A stretch of DNA of 62,169 bases. Origin: Octopus bimaculoides (taxonomy: Eukaryota). Positions 1 to 12,658 of this stretch are shown one piece after another. Where the stretch lies: assembly GCF_001194135.2 (NCBI RefSeq), contig NW_026370633.1, positions 1-62,169 on the forward strand. Reading direction: 5' to 3'. The translations under genes and the position numbers were made by a program. The notes beneath the pieces are model-generated. The model saw nothing but the letters and a program-made list of their open reading frames with translations. It did no database searches and had not been told where the DNA came from. The first letter of the stretch is position 1; each line of letters begins with the position of its first letter.

Positions 1-150
1 GATGGTGGTGATGATGGTGGTGATGATGGTGATGATGGTGGTGGTGATGGAGATGATGGTGGTGGTGGTGGTGGTAGTGGTGGTGGCAGCGGTAGTGGTG
101 CTGATGGTGGTGGTGGTAATTATGGTAGTGGTATTGGTGGTAATGTTGGC
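1..150. repeat. (GGT/GAT)n trinucleotide microsatellite
   Basis: Directly visible; explains the spurious poly-V/M ORF 2..352. Confidence 0.95.
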
Positions 151-170
151 GGTGGTTGAGGTGTTGGTGT

Positions 171-305
171 ATATATACGATGGGCTTTTTTCACTTACCA
201 AATGCACTGACAAGGCTTTTGGTTGGCCCAAGGCAATAAAAGGGAACATTTGCCCAAGACGCCACACAGTGGGACTGAACCCAGAACCATGTGGGTGGAA
301 AGTAA
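171..305 (-). mobile_element. tRNA-derived SINE family A, degenerate fragment
   Basis: gggctttttt..caaggctttt..ttgcccaag..cacagtgggactgaacc matches the fuller copies at 34375 and 51630. Confidence 0.7.
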
Positions 306-1024
306 TCTTCTCTATCTCCTCGATCACGTGTTTGTTATTATATATATATTAAAAAATTCTTATTAATAATTAATTAATATATAATTAATACACATCGTTG
401 AAGATAATTTTGTCTCATATCAATTATATTTAATGTTTTAAATGAACATAACACGATGACAGACTATATACTTGCTTCAGTCGTTTGTCTGCGACCAGAC
501 TGGAGCACTACCTTTTAAAAAAAAAGCCTGATACTTGTTCCGTTGGTCTCTCTTTGCCTCGCTGCTACGTTATTGGGAAGTAAACAAACCAGCACCGGTT
601 GTCAGGCAGCTGTGAGGACAAGGAGAATGACACATTCACACATATATATATATATATATATCTATGTGCGTGTGTATGTATGTATAAATATATATATATA
701 CACACACACACACACATACATATATTTTAACCCTTTTTTTAAACCTAACAAAACTCTCAACTCTCATGCATCCTTATTTTTCCTACCAATTTATACATGA
801 ACTACTATTGAACTACAAAAGCTCAAAGACAATATAATGTATGGGTATATTTATTTTTTTATATATTATTGTTTTATATATTATTTTCTTCATTTTGTAC
901 TTCTTTGTAAAAAAATATTTTCATTCTCCTTCTTGATAATTTGCTTCTTCGCAATGAAAACCGGTTAGAAAAAACCTTTATTAAATTATGCTTCCAGTTC
1001 AGCATTCTGGCTTTTTTTCATTTT

Positions 1025-1065
<41 letters not shown>

Positions 1066-1069
<4 letters not shown>

Positions 1070-1250
1070 TCGTTTAACGTCCGCTTTCCATGCTGGCATG
1101 GGTTGGACGATTTGACTGGGGACTGGTGAAACCAGATGGCTGCACCAGGCTCTAATCTGATCTGGCAGAGTTTCTACAGCTGGATGCCCTTCCTAATGCC
1201 AACCACTCAGAGTGTAGCACCCCACCACCCACCTGCCAGAGCCTTGTAGA
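1066..1250 (-). mobile_element. SINE-like repeat family B with (GAT)n tail, RTE-type 3' end
   Basis: catcatcgtttaacgtccgctttccatgctggcatgggttggacg... recurs at 3715, 4635, 8120 (reverse complement), 21833, 23310 and 60155. Confidence 0.75.
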
Positions 1251-1679
1251 GCTTTAAGTGTTTTCGCTCAATAAACGCTCACAACACCTGGTCTGGGAAT
1301 CGAAACCAAAATCCTACAACTGCATGACCGTTGCCCTAACCACTGGGCCATTGCACCTCCACAATACACACACACACACACACATGCACTTATGTATGTT
1401 GTTTTGTGTTGGGAGAGTCATGCCAACATTAATAACACACACACACACTGGTTCAATTCCACTCCTTTATAACTAGTCGATTGGTTAAATAATCAAGATA
1501 ATCTTTTAGTATTTAAACGTGCCATATCTGATATGAGGGTTTATACCTGTTTGATGTTCCAACTGGCCAAATTTGGCCTCTCACCTATACCGAAAAATGT
1601 CATTCAACACAAAAGTGGTCACAACATTGAAATCTCAAAACAACAACATAAGGCATGATTAATTCAAATTCTTTTCAAA

Positions 1680-2045
1680 GAAGTGTTGGCCACATATGGA
1701 TTGGCATATATCTGTGTGTTAAGATGATATTTTGAACAAAACATGACTAAAATAAATTCAGAAATTTAAGGTACATTTTTTTAAAAATTGAAATTGGATA
1801 CACTTTAGATATAAAATGATAATTTTTTTTTTTATACAAGAGGCTGAAGAAGTGTTGGCCACATATGGATTGGCATATATCTGTGTATTAAGATGATATT
1901 TTGAACAAAATATAACTAAAATAAATTCAGAAATTTAAGGTACATTTTTTTAAAAATTGAAATAGGAAAGACTTCAGATATAAAATTTTTTTTTTTTTTT
2001 GTACCAGAGACTAAAGAAGTGTTAGCCACATATGGATTGGCACAG
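1680..2045. repeat. ~168-bp tandem repeat, about 2.2 copies
   Basis: aagtgtt(g/a)gccacatatggattggca starts at 1681, 1850 and 2017 (periods 169 and 167). Confidence 0.9.
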
Positions 2046-2217
2046 AAAAGAGTCAAATATTTTAGTGTTAACTTACAGATAAGTCGGGCATATCTATATC
2101 TTGGACATTCACAAAGGTAGCACTAAGGTATCCTGATTGGCGACGCTTTTTATGCTGTTGATGAAAAAAAATGAAAGAAAAAAATTTAGGAAAATACATT
2201 TATAATATTTGCTTTAG

Positions 2218-2445
2218 AATATGGCAGAATCGGTAGAATGCCTGGCAAAATGCTTAGTGGCATTTTGTCTGTCTTTACGTTCTGAGTTCAAATTCTGCTG
2301 AGGTCGAGTTTTCCTTTCATCCTTTCGGGGTTGATAAATTAAGTACCAGTAAAACTCTGGGGTTGATCTGATCAACCAGTCCACCCACCCCAAAATTTCA
2401 GGCCTTGTGCCTACAGCAGAAAGGATTATCATCATCATCATTATT
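2218..2445 (+). mobile_element. tRNA-derived SINE family C
   Basis: tggcagaatcg..aaatgcttag..gagttcaaattc (B-box-like)..ggggttgataaattaagtaccagt; further copies at 6760, 6990, 21373 and 33982. Confidence 0.8.
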
Positions 2446-2467
2446 ATTATTATTATTATTATTAGTG

Positions 2468-2715
2468 GAAGCGCGTGGCTTAGTGGTTAGGGTGTCAGCA
2501 TCATGATCGCAAGATTGTGGTTTCGATTCCTGGACCGGGCGACGCGTTGTGTTCTTGAGCAAAACACTTCATTTCACGTTGCTCCAGTCCACTCAGCTGG
2601 CAAAAATGAATAACGTTGCGATGGACTGGTGTCCCGTCCAGCTGGGGAACACATACGCAACTGAAACCGGGAAACCGGGCCCATGAGCCTGGCTAGACTT
2701 TAAAAAAGGCGCAAA
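2468..2715 (+). mobile_element. tRNA-derived SINE family D
   Basis: A-box tggcttagtgg and B-box gtttcgattcc, followed by tgttcttgagcaa; related copies at 14372 and 19890. Confidence 0.8.
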
Positions 2716-2799
2716 AAAAAAAAAAATATTCTTATTGCCTTTGCCCAGCTTCTAATGCTGGAGATGTTCTATGGTGCCAGCTGTTCCCTACCAGTGAAC

Positions 2800-2935
2800 T
2801 AATGTAACACCCCTTATTTTTCTGGAGTATTCGAGTGGTTCCAAGCAGTGCTGTTTTCTGCAAGTGCTCCTCCCTTATTGCAGCCCCTATTTGTTCCATG
2901 TACTTCTCGAGATTTTTGCTCACTGTTCCCTCATA
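2800..2935 (-). mobile_element. R4/Dong-like non-LTR retrotransposon C-terminal fragment
   Basis: Translates to GTVSKNLEKYMEQIGAAIREEHLQKTALLGTTRILQK, resembling the end of the restriction-like endonuclease domain (..LQKTALLGTARILRK) of R4-clade LINEs. Confidence 0.7.
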
Positions 2936-3250
2936 ATAGATGAGCTAAGAGAATAGTAAAAAGGGCCAATAACAAGCAGAAAACATTTTTATTTTCGCTC
3001 TTTTTATATATTTTTCCTTCTCTCTACCTTTTGAGCTACATTTCTTAATGTGACACAAAATATAAATAGAAGCATACTATTTTATTAATACATAGACATA
3101 TTAAACATTATGGTTTGTGAGTAACTACAGATCATGGAGATTTTTGGTAATTCATTGTTAAGATTAAACATTAAAAATAAAATGATGCATGTTATCTCAG
3201 TTAAATTATTAGCTCTTGTGCTAACATCAAAAGGGATTACAGAAGTGTTG

Positions 3251-3355
3251 TTAAACCAGGAATAATGCACAACAGATGAAGTGAGAAAAGTAGTAAAATG
3301 AACTAGAAGCTGTGGATCGGATGTTAAAAGCATTTAGTGAAGATGTTATACTTCT
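3251..3355 (-). CDS. Putative terminal coding exon of an unidentified gene, GPI-signal-like C-terminus
   Basis: Acceptor atttgtgcttgtcag; phase-0 frame RSITSSLNAFNIRSTASSSFYYFSHFICCALFLV*; AATAAA at 3086-3081. No family recognised. Confidence 0.4.
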   Translation of the reverse strand, partial: RSITSSLNAFNIRSTASSSFYYFSHFICCALFLV

Positions 3356-3563
3356 CTGACAAGCACAAATTGCAATTATTTCACACATTTAACAACAGGT
3401 TAAGATGCTTTGGGTCATACAGGTGTTAGTAATTTTGCTGTCTTTCAGATTCCATATATATTAGGAAAGAGGTAGGGAGTTGATTAGTTATCCTGACACG
3501 GATTCTGCATTCATGCCTGATGATGAGGCCATTCTACATGCTTAAAACCTAGCTAGAACCTAC

Positions 3564-3591
3564 CTCAAAACCTACAAAGAGATTGCAGTAA
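3564..3591 (-). CDS. Putative 28-nt micro-exon (YCNLFVGFE) of the same gene
   Basis: Strong acceptor catctcttcttttacag, donor GAG/gtaggt; phase 2 to 0 joins 8393 and 3355 in frame. Confidence 0.4.
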
Positions 3592-3714
3592 CTGTAAAAG
3601 AAGAGATGTGGTCTCGTTTGCTGCTCCTTGGGGAAACAAAAGAAAAAAAAATTGTGTACATCTGTTTCAGTAAATACATATACATTACATAAATATATAT
3701 ATATCATCATCATC

Positions 3715-3964
3715 ATCATCATCGTTTAACGTCCGCTTTACATGCTAGCATGGGTTGGACGATTTGACTGAGGACTGGCAAGCCAGAAGGCTGCACCAGG
3801 CTCCAATCTAATTTGGCAGAGTTTCTACAGCTGGATGCCCTTCCTAACACCAACCACTCAGAGAGTGTAGTGGGTGCTTTAACGTGCCACAAGCATGAAG
3901 GCCAGTCAGGTGGTACTGGCAATGGCCATGCTCAAAATGGTGCGGTACTGGCAACGGCCACGCT

Positions 3965-3965
<1 letters not shown>
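3715..3965 (-). mobile_element. SINE-like repeat family B
   Basis: Same tail and body as 1066-1250. Confidence 0.75.
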
Positions 3966-4001
<36 letters not shown>

Positions 4002-4587
4002 NNNNNNNNNNNNNNNNNNNNNNNNNNNNNNNNNNNNNNNNNNNNNNNNNNNNNNNNNNNNNNNNNNNNNNNNNNNNNNNNNNNNNNNNNNNNNNNNNNN
4101 NNNNNNNNNNNNNNNNNNNNNNNNNNNNNNNNNNNNNNNNNNNNNNNNNNNNNNNNNNNNNNNNNNNNNNNNNNNNNNNNNNNNNNNNNNNNNNNNNNNN
4201 NNNNNNNNNNNNNNNNNNNNNNNNNNNNNNNNNNNNNNNNNNNNNNNNNNNNNNNNNNNNNNNNNNNNNNNNNNNNNNNNNNNNNNNNNNNNNNNNNNNN
4301 NNNNNNNNNNNNNNNNNNNNNNNNNNNNNNNNNNNNNNNNNNNNNNNNNNNNNNNNNNNNNNNNNNNNNNNNNNNNNNNNNNNNNNNNNNNNNNNNNNNN
4401 NNNNNNNNNNNNNNNNNNNNNNNNNNNNNNNNNNNNNNNNNNNNNNNNNNNNNNNNNNNNNNNNNNNNNNNNNNNNNNNNNNNNNNNNNNNNNNNNNNNN
4501 NNNNNNNNNNNNNNNNNNNNNNNNNNNNNNNNNNNNNNNNNNNNNNNNNNNNNNNNNNNNNNNNNNNNNNNNNNNNNNNNNNNNNNN

Positions 4588-4628
<41 letters not shown>

Positions 4629-6153
4629 TAATCATCATCATTGTTTAATGTCCGCTTTCCATGCTAGCATGGGTTGGATGATTTGACTGAGGACTGGCAA
4701 GCCAAGAAGAAACTGAATTCTTGGATATAAGATAAAGCCATCACCTCCTATCATAAACCCGGAAACCGGGCCCATGAGCCTGGCTGGGCTTTGAAAGGGT
4801 GCATTTATTATCATTACTATATATAGAAATGTATGTATATATATATATATGTATGTATGTATATAGAAGATATGGAAGCCAATGAATCAGCAAGTAGCTT
4901 AATGTCCTCGTTTGATTTATTAAAATTAACGATAAAAATTTCTTTGAATAAAACTTTACTGTTTTCACAAGAGGAAACACTCAACAGTGTAGTGCCATTG
5001 TACTATGAACCAAAGGTGGGATGGTCACTAATGGAGCACCTTCCATCATCGTAATCACCACCACCACCACCACCTCCACCACCGCCAACAACAACAACAT
5101 CACCATCATAATCATTATGGCCATCATCATTAATTATCATCACCATCATCATCGTCATCATCATCTTCATTGTCGTCATCATCATCATCATCATTCATCA
5201 TCATCTTCATTGTCGTCATCATCATCATCATCATAATAATAATAATAATAATAATAATATCAACCATCATCGTCATCATTATCATCGCCAAGATTACAAA
5301 GTTGGTACACAGGAAATTCTTTAAAATATCCTCTGGCATTAAGAATGTGGGAGTGGGGGTCGGGTGGCTGTGAAGACAGTGGGGGAGGAAGTGTTTGACG
5401 ATGATGATGATGGTGATGATGCTGACGATGAGNNNNNNNNNNNNNNNNNNNNNNNNNNNNNNNNNNNNNNNNNNNNNNNNNNNNNNNNNNNNNNNNNNNN
5501 NNNNNNNNNNNNNNNNNNNNNNNNNNNNNNNNNNNNNNNNNNNNNNNNNNNNNNNNNNNNNNNNNNNNNNNNNNNNNNNNNNNNNNNNNNNNNNNNNNNN
5601 NNNNNNNNNNNNNNNNNNNNNNNNNNNNNNNNNNNNNNNNNNNNNNNNNNNNNNNNNNNNNNNNNNNNNNNNNNNNNNNNNNNNNNNNNNNNNNNNNNNN
5701 NNNNNNNNNNNNNNNNNNNNNNNNNNNNNNNNNNNNNNNNNNNNNNNNNNNNNNNNNNNNNNNNNNNNNNNNNNNNNNNNNNNNNNNNNNNNNNNNNNNN
5801 NNNNNNNNNNNNNNNNNNNNNNNNNNNNNNNNNNNNNNNNNNNNNNNNNNNNNNNNNNNNNNNNNNNNNNNNNNNNNNNNNNNNNNNNNNNNNNNNNNNN
5901 NNNNNNNNNNNNNNNNNNNNNNNNNNNNNNNNNNNNNNNNNNNNNNNNNNNNNNNNNNNNNNNNNNNNNNNNNNNNNNNNNNNNNNNNNNNNNNNNNNNN
6001 NNNNNNNNNNNNNNNNNNNNNNNNNNNNNNNNNNNNNNNNNNNNNNNNNNNNNNNNNNNNNNNNNNNNNNNNNNNNNNNNNNNNNNNNNNNNNNNNNNNN
6101 NNNNNNNNNNNNNNNNNNNNNNNNNNNNNNNNNNNNNNNNNNNNNNNNNNNNN

Positions 6154-6640
6154 CTTCTTATGTTCAACTTTTCTCTCAAGATACTTACGCTCTATCGAGT
6201 ATGCACACTGACATTACTCATCCATTGGAGCATACTGGCTTCATTCCTTGCGAGCTTACGCATGTCCTCAGCAGTCACGGCCCATGTTTCACTGCCATGT
6301 AGCATGGCTGTTCGTACACATGCATCATACAGTCTGCCTTTTACTCTGAGTGAGAGGCCCTTTGTCGCCAGCAGGGGTAAGAGCTCTCTGAACTTTGCCC
6401 AGGCTATTCTTATTCTAGTAGCTACACTTTCAGTGCACCCACCCCCACTACTAACTTGGTCACCCAGGTAGCAGAAGCTATCAACTATGTCTAGTTTTTC
6501 CCCCTGGAATGAGACAGAAGTTGTTTTCTGCATATTTACAGTGTTTATTGCACCTGAACATCTGCCGCACACAAAAACTAACTTCCTAGTTAACCTGCCA
6601 TTGATATTGCTACAAAAATTATGGGACCTCATAGATTCTG
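6154..6640 (-). mobile_element. RTE-clade LINE fragment, region C-terminal to the RT domain
   Basis: Translation VDSFCYLGDQVSSGGGC..TRIRIAWAKFRELLPLL..KGRLYDACVRTAMLHGSETW is typical of RTE/BovB-like ORFs; truncated by a gap. Confidence 0.85.
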
Positions 6641-6759
6641 GTTTGGTGTCCAGTGTAGTTGTATGCTGTCAACTTAATGTGACAGTCCCATGAAGGGAAT
6701 AATACTACTGCTATTTAGCACTAGGAAGCAGCACCGCTTCCTGTCGGTCTTGACACATT

Positions 6760-7210
6760 TCCTGTGGGGGCACATACACGGGACACACAAGGACAGACAA
6801 ATGGATTAAGTCGATAACATCAATTCCAGTGCGTAACTGGTACTTATCTAATCGACCCCGAAAGGATGAAAGGCAAAGTTGACCTTGGCGGAATTTGAAC
6901 TCAGAACGGAACGGCAGACGAAATACTGGTAGGCATTTCGCCCGGCGTCCTAACGATTCTGCCAGTTTGTTTCGCAATAACGATAATTTTTTCTGCTATA
7001 GGCAAAAGGCCCGAAGTCTTGGGTGGGGGGTAGAAGAGAATAGTCAATTACATCAACTCTGATACACAACTGGTTCTTAATTTCTTAATTTATCGACCCT
7101 GGAGAGATGAAAGGCAGAGGCTTGACCTAAGCAGAATTTGAACCCATAACATCAAGACCGATGAAGTGTTGCTAAGCATTTTCGTCGGCGTGCTAACGAT
7201 TCTGCCGATA
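6760..7210 (-). mobile_element. Two adjacent SINE family C copies
   Basis: Reverse complement of the 33982 and 2218 elements (atcgacccc..gatgaaaggc..gaatttgaac..gcattt..aacgattctgcc), seen twice. Confidence 0.75.
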
Positions 7211-8392
7211 ACGAATTTCATAGCCGCTCAAATAATGCTCCTCGCTGTAAAATGCTCGACTTGCAGTTAGCCAATGTCTCTGGACAAGACACAGTATAAA
7301 AAGCATGACAAGAAGAAGAAGAACAACAACAACAACAACAACAACAACAAAAGCACCAACAACAACAATACTAATAATGACAACAGTAAAAATCTAATTA
7401 TAGTGGCCCCTTTTTAAAAAAATCCCAGCTGAATGAAATAAATGTGTCTTTATATAGTTGTCACACAGGATGTAGGGTGATTCAAGGAGATGGTGGTGGT
7501 GGTGGGGGGATGTGATGGAAGTGGTTGTTGCTATGGTGACAGTGATAGTAGAGGTGGTTGTGTCGTTGTAGTGCTAGTGGTGGCAATGGTAGTAGTAGTA
7601 GTGGTGTTGCAGGAAAGGCATGTATATATAATATATATATATATANNNNNNNNNNNNNNNNNNNNNNNNNNNNNNNNNNNNNNNNNNNNNNNNNNNNNNN
7701 NNNNNNNNNNNNNNNNNNNNNNNNNNNNNNNNNNNNNNNNNNNNNNNNNNNNNNNNNNNNNNNNNNNNNNNNNNNNNNNNNNNNNNNNNNNNNNNNNNNN
7801 NNNNNNNNNNNNNNNNNNNNNNNNNNNNNNNNNNNNNNNNNNNNNNNNNNNNNNNNNNNNNNNNNNNNNNNNNNNNNNNNNNNNNNNNNNNNNNNNNNNN
7901 NNNNNNNNNNNNNNNNNNNNNNNNNNNNNNNNNNNNNNNNNNNNNNNNNNNNNNNNNNNNNNNNNNNNNNNNNNNNNNNNNNNNNNNNNNNNNNNNNNNN
8001 NNNNNNNNNNNNNNNNNNNNNNNNNNNNNNNNNNNNNNNNNNNNNNNNNNNNNNNNNNNNNNNNNNNNNNNNNNNNNNNNNNNNNNNNTATATATATATA
8101 TATATATATATATACAGATTGGAGCCTGGTGTAGCCACCTGGTTCACCACTCCTGTCAAATCATCCAACCCATGCTAGCATGGAAAGCGGATGTTAAACG
8201 ATGATGATGATGATGATGATGATGATATATATATACATACATACACCCACACACACATACATATATCTATCTACATAACAGCCCACTAATTATTCTACTC
8301 TACCTTTGTAAGTTGTGGGTATAGGGGTATGATATCTACTATGTATATATTTCCTATTTAGTATTGGGGAAGTTTCATTTATGAGGACGTAC

Positions 8393-8548
8393 TCTTGCAT
8401 TTGTCTGAGTGTTGGGGCCTTAGGATGCTTGGATAAGATGTGGATGTCAAGTTGAACCAGGTTCCCTCCATGTTGGTAGAGTATGGAAGACTGTTTTTTG
8501 TCATCATGCTGAATAAAATCAACTGATTCTCTTGCACACAAGTATATC
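8393..8548 (-). CDS. Putative internal exon of the unidentified gene
   Basis: Acceptor ttattcaaacag, donor GA/gtacgt, 156 nt. Two frames are open; the phase 2-2 frame IYLCARESVDFIQH..LRQMQ(D) splices in frame to 3591. Confidence 0.4.
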
Positions 8549-8719
8549 CTGTTTGAATAAAAGCAATGAGTGAACGACCTGAAATTGAATATTAATTAAT
8601 TGTATTTCACTCCGAGGTAATTACTAGTAATTTCTGAAAATTTTATTAAGTAGAAAACTGTTAATTAAATTATTTGTTAACTGGAGTACCAAAATGTTTG
8701 TGACAACTTCATCATTTGT

Positions 8720-9910
8720 CTACCTGGGGTTGATAAAATAAAGTAGCAGTGATATACTGGGGTAGATTTAATATTCCTATAAAACATCCAAGATGTCAAT
8801 GGAATTATAATAGAAGACTAACTCTAACTTTACCTTTCATTGTTGTGGGGTTGATAAAATACNNNNNNNNNNNNNNNNNNNNNNNNNNNNNNNNNNNNNN
8901 NNNNNNNNNNNNNNNNNNNNNNNNNNNNNNNNNNNNNNNNNNNNNNNNNNNNNNNNNNNNNNNNNNNNNNNNNNNNNNNNNNNNNNNNNNNNNNNNNNNN
9001 NNNNNNNNNNNNNNNNNNNNNNNNNNNNNNNNNNNNNNNNNNNNNNNNNNNNNNNNNNNNNNNNNNNNNNNNNNNNNNNNNNNNNNNNNNNNNNNNNNNN
9101 NNNNNNNNNNNNNNNNNNNNNNNNNNNNNNNNNNNNNNNNNNNNNNNNNNNNNNNNNNNNNNNNNNNNNNNNNNNNNNNNNNNNNNNNNNNNNNNNNNNN
9201 NNNNNNNNNNNNNNNNNNNNNNNNNNNNNNNNNNNNNNNNNNNNNNNNNNNNNNNNNNNNNNNNNNNNNNNNNNNNNNNNNNNNNNNNNNNNNNNNNNNN
9301 NNNNNNNNNNNNNNNNNNNNNNNNNNNNNNNNNNNNNNNNNNNNNNNNNNNNNNNNNNNNNNNNNNNNNNNNNNNNNNNNNNNNNNNNNNNNNNNNNNNN
9401 NNNNNNNNNNNNNNNNNNNNNNNNNNNNNNNNNNNNNNNNNNNNNNNNNNNNNNNNNNNNNNNNNNNNNNNNNNNNNNNNNNNNNNNNNNNNNNNNNNNN
9501 NNNNNNNNNNNNNNNNNNNNNNNNNNNNNNNNNNNNNNNNNNNNNNNNNNNNNNNNNNNNNNNNNNNNNNNNNNNNNNNNNNNNNNNNNNNNNNNNNNNN
9601 NNNNNNNNNNNNNNNNNNNNNNNNNNNNNNNNNNNNNNNNNNNNNNNNGTTGATAAAATAAAGTAGCAGTGATATACTGGGGTAGATTTAATATTCCTAT
9701 AAAACATCCAAGATGTCAATAGAATTATAATAGAAGACTAACACTAACTTTACCTTTCATTGTTGTGGGGTTGATAAAATAAAGTAGCAGTGAAATATTG
9801 GGGTAGATTTAATATTCCTATAAAACATCCAAGATGTCAATGGAATTATAATAGAAGACTAACTCTAACTTTACCTTTCATTGTTGTGGGGTTGATAAAA
9901 TACAGTAGCA
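8720..9910. repeat. 121-bp minisatellite spanning a gap
   Basis: tgataaaata at 8731, 8852, 9651, 9772 and 9893 (period 121). Confidence 0.92.
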
Positions 9911-12528
9911 GTGAAACAGATATTTTAAAATCTTACACACTCATCACCTCCACTAAACGCATCCTGTGTTTTTGTCTATACATCATGTCACTTATGAGAT
10001 CTTTTAATCCACTTCAGTCTGTTTCATGGTTGACTCATTGGTGACTAAAGCGACAAATATTTAAAGCATTCTTAGTGAAGAGGATTAATAGAAATCCAGA
10101 AGAACTAAAAACAGGATCTGTGAAAAGGACGGGTGAACCTAATGTAGGTTCAACAACTGTCAATCAAAAGCACGGGGCCTCGGAAATTCCAGGCAGGTTT
10201 CCAGTGTGCTGGAAGACCACTGGGAGTGAGGAATACCCTAACTTTTGTTAAAGCATGTCTGTAGAACCTGCTTGAAACCCAAGCTGTCTCTGCTCCAATA
10301 ATCAATGTTAACTTGGTCAGTGAATTATCTATGACGATTAGCAATCAATGATATGAGGAACGGCTATACATCACACCATTCCAAAATGACCGGGGACCAC
10401 ACGTGAACTTGCGTTGTTACCAAAATTCTGAACACAAACTCTAAACCTCAACAGCGAATGGTAATTACAGCTATGGCTTCTGATCCCTCTCCGATGTGCT
10501 TGCTCTCAGAATGTGACATTTGTCAAATCCATTACAGCCTTGACCGCAGCTAACCATCAGATGTGGTCAGCTTTTCTGAGGGCCATGGTGAATTTTGTCA
10601 AAGCTGGTTCAACCCCCTCCTGGGTAAATGTTACTGTAAGTACATACAAGTAAGTAAATACATATTCCTGGCCCCTAAAAGTTATTTCTTTTAACTCATT
10701 TTCTTTAAATTATGGGACCTCAGAGATTCTGGTTTGGTGTCCAGTGTGCTGGAAAATCACTGGGGGTGAGATACTTCTTAGTGCATACACACACACATAC
10801 ATACTTTCACATATACATACATACAGACATATATATATACATACATACATGCATACATAGACACATACATACATGCATGCATACATACGCATATACATAT
10901 ATACATAACCAAACATGTATATACATACACATATACATGCATGCATAAACATCCATTTAGTATACACACATAAATATATACATTTACATACATACATAGT
11001 ATATACTTACATAGACATGCATACACGCATGCATACATACATACATACGCCAATTCATATATACATAAACAAACACATATGTATATACATACACATATAC
11101 ATGCATATGTAATAATATACATATGGANNNNNNNNNNNNNNNNNNNNNNNNNNNNNNNNNNNNNNNNNNNNNNNNNNNNNNNNNNNNNNNNNNNNNNNNN
11201 NNNNNNNNNNNNNNNNNNNNNNNNNNNNNNNNNNNNNNNNNNNNNNNNNNNNNNNNNNNNNNNNNNNNNNNNNNNNNNNNNNNNNNNNNNNNNNNNNNNN
11301 NNNNNNNNNNNNNNNNNNNNNNNNNNNNNNNNNNNNNNNNNNNNNNNNNNNNNNNNNNNNNNNNNNNNNNNNNNNNNNNNNNNNNNNNNNNNNNNNNNNN
11401 NNNNNNNNNNNNNNNNNNNNNNNNNNNNNNNNNNNNNNNNNNNNNNNNNNNNNNNNNNNNNNNNNNNNNNNNNNNNNNNNNNNNNNNNNNNNNNNNNNNN
11501 NNNNNNNNNNNNNNNNNNNNNNNNNNNNNNNNNNNNNNNNNNNNNNNNNNNNNNNNNNNNNNNNNNNNNNNNNNNNNNNNNNNNNNNNNNNNNNNNNNNN
11601 NNNNNNNNNNNNNNNNNNNNNNNNNNNNNNNNNNNNNNNNNNNNNNNNNNNNNNNNNNNNNNNNNNNNNNNNNNNNNNNNNNNNNNNNNNNNNNNNNNNN
11701 NNNNCATACGCATATACATATATACAGAAACAAACATATATGTATATACATACACATATACATGCATGCATATACATACATACATGCATATATACACACA
11801 TGCATACATACATAAATAGATACATATCAATAAATAAATATATATATGTATATATATACTCACCAAAGGAAGTGCCACTGGTGTGTTGAAGGACAACTGA
11901 ATCTGAGCTGAACTGACATATGTGTCTGGCCGTTGCTGTTTTAGCGGTGATGGCCACGTTCTCCCTGACGCCGCCATCATCAATACCACTTACATACATA
12001 CATACATACATATATACACATACATACATATATAAATATATATATATACACGCTTGCAGCCTTACACATACATACTCAGAAATGCACGCTCGGACGTATA
12101 AGCTCTCTCTCTCTCTCTCACTCTCACGCGCGCTCACATATAAGATGGAGCAGTGAGCAAGGAAGTCGCTCTAAGTGGTCGAGGGGGTCGGCTAGAAATA
12201 GCAACCAAATCACCCACCACCACCACTACCACTTTCCCTCTCTCACATACACACACACACACACACCTTACGGATGAGATCCTTAATACAGGCGGCAGTG
12301 GCAGCGGCCGTAGTAGTAGTAATAGTAGTATAGTTGTTGTTGTGGTGGTGGTGATGTTATATGCGATAAAAAGAAAAACAAAACGGGGACAGTCACGCCT
12401 GGAAAGCTCCTTCGATCATTGCACCAACGGTAATAACAGCAACAACATACACACACAAACACATCGATACACGCACGCACATATATAAACTTACACACAC
12501 ATCACTGTGCGTATAAATATATATATAT

Positions 12529-12573
<45 letters not shown>

Positions 12574-12608
12574 GCTCTCATACACACATAGACATGTATG
12601 TGTGTGTG

Positions 12609-12658
<50 letters not shown>

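Noticed and set aside
3085-3333. 82-aa minus-strand ORF MLLTSDPQ.. as a gene
   Set aside because: Its frame has a stop just after the nearby acceptor; the phase-0 frame fits the splice chain better.
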